The position numbers and the translations under genes are program-made. Of a DNA stretch of 64,000 nt, positions 58,636 through 64,000 are shown one piece after another (position 1 is the first letter of the stretch; each line of letters opens with the position of its first letter). Origin of the DNA: Octopus vulgaris (lineage: Eukaryota); NCBI GenBank assembly GCA_951406725.2, contig OX597818.1, forward strand, positions 84,382,001 through 84,446,000, read 5' to 3'. A model generated the notes under the pieces. That model ran no database searches, was not told where the DNA came from, and saw only the letters and a list, made by a program, of their open reading frames with translations.

Positions 58636-59025
58636 ATGTATATATATATATATATGTAAGACAGGCGTCTTTCAGTTTCTATCTACTAGAAGCATTTAGC
58701 AAGGCTTACTCAGCCTGAAACGATTGTAGAAGACACGCGCCCAATGTGCCACGCCTACAACTATTTAGAAGGGTGTATACACGTGGTAAGAAGTTTGGTC
58801 CCGACCACATAGCTACGAGTTCAATCCTACTGCATGGCACCTCGGACACATATCTTCTACAATAGCCGCGGGCTGGCCAAAGCCTCATGATTGGATTTGC
58901 TGGATGGAAACTGAAGGAAACCGGTCGCATGTATGTGTGCATGAATATATATATATATATATATATACATATATAATGATATTAGGGAGTAAGTCCAAAC
59001 TTACAGGGAATTAAATCTAATTTTA

Positions 59026-60073
59026 CAGTATAAATATATATATTAAATTAGAGATAAAACCACTATTAGGCAAATCAAACAGTGAAAAACATAAACCAAA
59101 ACATAGAAATAAATTAATTAATATAATATACGAAATATATAAATTATAAAATTCAAAATTTAAATTATTTAAATTTAAAGTTAAAATTAAATTTTTTTTT
59201 TAATTATTAATTTATAGGTATAAATTTTTATATATATACACAAATATATATATATAGGCGCAGGAGTGGCTGTGTGGTAAGTAGCTTGCTAACCAACCAC
59301 ATGGTTCCGGGTTCAGTCCCACTGCGTGGCATCTTGGGCAAGTGTCTTCTGCTGTAGCCCCGGGCCGACCAATGCCTTGTGAGTGGATTTGGTAGACGGA
59401 AACTGAAAGAAGCCTGTCGTATATATGTATATATATGTATATATGTGTATGTATGTGTTTGTCCCCCTAGCATTGCTTGACAACCGATGCTGGTGTGTTT
59501 ACGTCCCCGCCACTTAGCGGTTCGGCAAAAGAGACCGATAGAATAAGTACTGGGCTTACAATGAATAAGTCCCGGGGTCGATTTGCTCGACTAAAGGCGG
59601 TGCTCCAGCATGGCCGCAGTCAAATGACTGAAACAATTAAAAGAGTAAAGAGTAAAGAGTATATATATATTATTATTTTTATTTCTATTATAATTTTTAT
59701 TTTTATCTTTTTTAAATTATATATTTATTTATTTATTTTTTTTTAAATACATATAACTATCAAAAAGTATTAAAAAGTTTAATATAAGATAAAATTAAAA
59801 CAACTACGATTGTTTCATGCCCATAACCTAATTCGAATAACAATAATTTAAATTATAACCATAATTCGAATTACTAATTGAATTTAAATTATTGTTATTT
59901 GAATTAGGGTATGGGCGTGAAACGATCGTAGTGGTTTTAATTTTTATCTTATATTAAACTTTTTAATACTTTTTGATAGTTATATATATTTGAAAAAATA
60001 TATAAATAAATGAATATATAATTTTAAAAAATTAAGGATAAAAATAAAAATTATAATAAAAGTTAAATAATGA

Positions 60074-60130
<57 letters not shown>

Positions 60131-60337
60131 TATAAATTTATAAGTATAAATTAATAATTTAAAATTTTTTTAAAATTTTAACTTTAAATTTAAATAATTT
60201 AAATTTTGAATTTCACATGTTATATATTTTGTATATTATGTTAATTAATTTATTTCTATGTTTTGGTTTATGTTTTTCACTGTTTGAGTTGCCAAATAGT
60301 GGTTTTTATCTCTAATTTAATATATATATATATTCTG
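59026..60337. repeat. ~1.3-kb AT-rich palindrome (arms about 440 bp) with a SINE inserted in the left arm
   Basis: 59026-59230 pairs with 60130-60337 and 59665-59855 pairs with 59880-60072; centre near 59867; hammerhead 3' half GAAACGATCGTA at 59919-59930 mirrored at 59805-59816. Confidence 0.85.
59257..59660 (+). mobile_element. SINE family A, full length, young
   Basis: GGCGCAGGAGTGGCTGTGTGG head to AAAGAGT tail; inserted in (TA)n. Confidence 0.9.
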
Positions 60338-60406
60338 AAAATCCTATGTATTAACGTGCGAAACTTAGAGTAGCAACAGAATTAGCTCGAATAAAATAAA
60401 CGTTTT

Positions 60407-60561
60407 ATTAATCTCTTCTATGATGTCGATTATGCTTTCACCCAATAGCCAACGCCAGACGAACGCACACACACACACATACATATACATACATACATAC
60501 ATACATACATACATACATACATACATACATACATACATACATACATGCATGCATGCATACA

Positions 60562-60624
<63 letters not shown>

Positions 60625-60678
60625 GTCTGGCGTTGACTATTCGTAGAAAGCGTAATTGACACCCTAGAAGAGATTAAT
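60407..60678. repeat. 57-bp inverted repeat enclosing a CATA/TA microsatellite
   Basis: 60407-60463 vs 60622-60678; hammerhead-like 3' half GAAACTTAGAGTA at 60360-60372 just upstream. Confidence 0.8.
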
Positions 60679-60833
60679 TGTATAGCTATTTATTTGTTAA
60701 ATTATATATTGGTTTTCCACCTTCATTTCATTGTATTATAAAACATGAAAATGTTATATATCATTGGTGAATATAATTGCTTCCTATTCACAATTTCCAA
60801 TGTGTGTATACATATATACATATGTATGTGTGT

Positions 60834-60896
<63 letters not shown>

Positions 60897-60906
<10 letters not shown>

Positions 60907-61092
60907 ATTTGGGGACGTTCATGTTGCCAGTTTCGCCAATAAAACACACGCACTATATATTTAATGTTAATTTGCTTCAGCTACGATTAACGTAAAGATA
61001 AATATAACTGAAACAAATTTACACCAAATATATAGTGCGTGTGTTTTATTGGCTAAACTGGCAACATGACCATTCCCAAATACAACAATATA
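60897..61092. repeat. ~85-bp-arm inverted repeat (fold-back element) in (TA)n
   Basis: TGTTGTATTTGGG..CATGTTGCCAGTTT.GCCAATAAAACACACGCACTATATATTT and its reverse complement, loop about 20 nt. Confidence 0.85.
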
Positions 61093-61139
61093 TGTATCAA
61101 TACACGGTTTCACATCAAGAATCTTGCAAAACGAATATA

Positions 61140-61182
<43 letters not shown>

Positions 61183-61189
61183 TTATATT

Positions 61190-61961
61190 GAATCCGCTAA
61201 TTACATTAATACATAATATCACACCCATTGTTAATCCCTAACTTACTTATACTCCATGTAACTCACCTATGCCCAGTTTGTACCTAAACTTAACAACATC
61301 ACCCATTTAACCTTATTTTTACTATATATATATATACATTCATATAATAAATAATTAATAACTTATATATTGTATTTTAGCAACATATTCTATTACTCAA
61401 CCACTTTTTTTGTATTAGAACACCCATATAACCCACATTTTAAATGACAGATAATTGCTAATTGTACAATTATTTATTATAATAATCATTATATAAACCA
61501 TATTTAACACCAATATATAAATGTAAATATAAATATATATATAAAAATATAAGTATAAATATAGGTATTGATTCAACTTATTGATCTCTTAATCTTGTAA
61601 TTATACCCTTCAATAATTTGCTTTAATTTTTCTTCAAACCTTACTGCTAATCTATAATATCTAACTAATTGTTGAATAGAATATAAATATAATTAACATT
61701 AAATAAACCCTAAATCTATGTATTTTTTAAATACAAACCCATTTTTACATAAATCTTGCATTTTGAAAGCTTTACTGTTTGTTTTTATTTTTATAAAATA
61801 TAATCCTGCATCTATGACTATTGGTACTTTTTATATATTTCAATATATAAATATGAGCATTTAAACTACACGTACGTGTTGATATCTATTTTATCCATAT
61901 ATCTTATTACTAGAATGACACATAAGCTATTTTTCATTTTTAAATATCTTATGACATGATT

Positions 61962-62017
<56 letters not shown>

Positions 62018-62770
62018 GCAAACTCACACACATATATATATATATATATGAAATAAAGGGAGATCGCTAGTTACTCAAATTTTGAGCTAGGAAATTTATC
62101 CTGTAACACCATTTTTAATTTCTCTAGCATTTAACAACATTTCGTGAGTATTATATAGTTTTTATACACCTTATATTTTAAATACAAACTATTTTTTCTT
62201 CGAACACCGGAAATTATATCCCAACTAATTTAATTCCTAAATAACACCAATGATACTCATCCAATCTTTATTTACATTTTCCAATATAATTCTTGTATAT
62301 TACACCCCTCACGACAAGCTACATCCGTCTTTCTACCACCTCACTCAGATAAACCTTTACAACTATAAATATAATACATTTTTTTTTTATGAATTTGATG
62401 CTTTAGTAGCACTTTAACGTTCAATGTTAGCTTAATTTTAAACGATAAATTTCTAATCACATGAACTCTGCGTCTTTCGAAGTACTTTGTTTACATTTGT
62501 AAATTCTTAAACACAGTCTTCAAATAAGTCATTTCGTAACTCAAGACTAAATTATACTTATTTTTTCCTGAAGATATCTAACAATATACCGCATATTACA
62601 TCTTTAAAAGTTAAAATTATTGATGATTATTGATGATTCATTTATGCTTGTTCTTATAAGTGTATATTTTAGCCTTTTAATTTGCATTACTTTTCCTTTT
62701 GTAATACAAATAAAATGAACCAAGCATCTTTTTAATTTTTCTTCTCCATTTTCTTTTACTGATTTTTTAA
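61190..62770 (-). mobile_element. Highly degraded Penelope-like RT remnant
   Basis: Minus-strand relics in RT order: IHKK (~62390), KNGV (~62110), IRYMDKI (~61900), IYKK..DAGLY (~61830). Heavily frameshifted. Confidence 0.4.
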
Positions 62771-62821
62771 TCATATATATATATATATATATATATATTG
62801 TTATGTATGTATGTATGCATG

Positions 62822-62865
<44 letters not shown>

Positions 62866-63027
62866 TATATCTGTATATATATATATGTATGTGTATCTAT
62901 ACGCGCGTGTATGCATATATATATATATATATATAATTAATTAATCAATTTTTGCAGGATCTATTTCAATCAAAGTATATTCTTTATGAGGCAAAACTTA
63001 AATGTTAAAAATTGGATTTAGATTTTT

Positions 63028-63117
63028 ATTCACCCGAAGAAAATTTTTTTTTCTTTATAAAGTAATAAATTTGTTCCTCAATAAAAAAAAAACGCGTCCG
63101 AAACAGCTGTAGTGAAT
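63028..63117 (+). ncRNA. Degenerate hammerhead motif
   Basis: ATTCAC-CCGAAGA-[degenerate helix II]-GAAA CAGCT GTA-GTGAAT: 6-bp helix I, palindromic helix III ACAGCTGT, U4C in core. Confidence 0.55.
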
Positions 63118-63717
63118 CTTAACTCATTTCTGTTCTTTCCTAAATGTGTGCGTGTGTGTATGTGTGTGTGTACACCCACACGCACATTTTTGATCCGCAC
63201 AAATATATTAATACCAAAAAGAATATACATAATAAACACACGTTAACCAACAGAAAATTTCAGGCGGGATCCGCGAAGAAGACACTTCGCGCTCTAACTC
63301 CTTATTTTACCATGTGAATACGGAACATAAAACGAGGTTCTGCGAAAACTTTCAAGGTATTCGGTCCATTGGTGTACCGTTTCTGCCAATAAATCTCATT
63401 CTTTGATTTAGAGAAATGTTTCTTTACATTTCGTACAATTTGCATAGAATCACTTAACCCAGTGGATTGCCTTAGCAGCATCAAATAATAAAAGCAACGG
63501 CAATTTTAATGTTGCAGAAACTCCGTGTGTTTTCAATCGGTAAGGCAAGTGTTGGTTCTATATAAGTGCATATATAAAAATACATGCATATACAAAAACG
63601 GTAAAGTATAAATGAACATATACATAAAACATACAGGCAAATATGTGTGTGTGTGTGTTTGTGTACGTGTGTTTGTATGCGTGTGTATATGTGTGTGCGT
63701 ATGTCTGTATATATACA

Positions 63718-63761
<44 letters not shown>

Positions 63762-63875
63762 TATATACAAACAGACATATATGTATACACACTTATATAT
63801 ATACACACACAAACATGCATATTCACATACATAAAATTATACACAAATATACATGTATACATTTATATACACATT

Positions 63876-63947
<72 letters not shown>

Positions 63948-64000
63948 TACATGCATGCATGCATACGTACATATGTGTGTGTGTGAATGTATGTAGTATG

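Overview
Repeat-saturated, AT-rich animal genomic DNA. The SINE families and extreme microsatellite load resemble octopus/coleoid cephalopod DNA (recognition, not verified by search). I find no supportable host protein-coding exon; almost all ORFs in the track are microsatellite artefacts. The one real long coding region is a near full-length R4/Dong-type non-LTR retrotransposon (RT plus restriction-like endonuclease, 44170-48184) with one stop and one frameshift. Its 3' end is a chimera containing an inverted 76-bp copy of nearby flanking DNA. The rest is degraded RTE/CR1/Penelope-like elements, three tRNA-type SINE families, two tandem Helitrons, Tc1/pogo/hAT MITEs, a tRNA-Asp pseudogene and a ~555-bp (TAA)n-associated repeat family. 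The most striking unannotated signal is a set of about ten type I hammerhead-ribozyme-like motifs (intact, degenerate or partial) in Penelope-like relics. These include a G3:C8 core-swap variant and several long palindromes whose fold-back point lies at or within the ribozyme.
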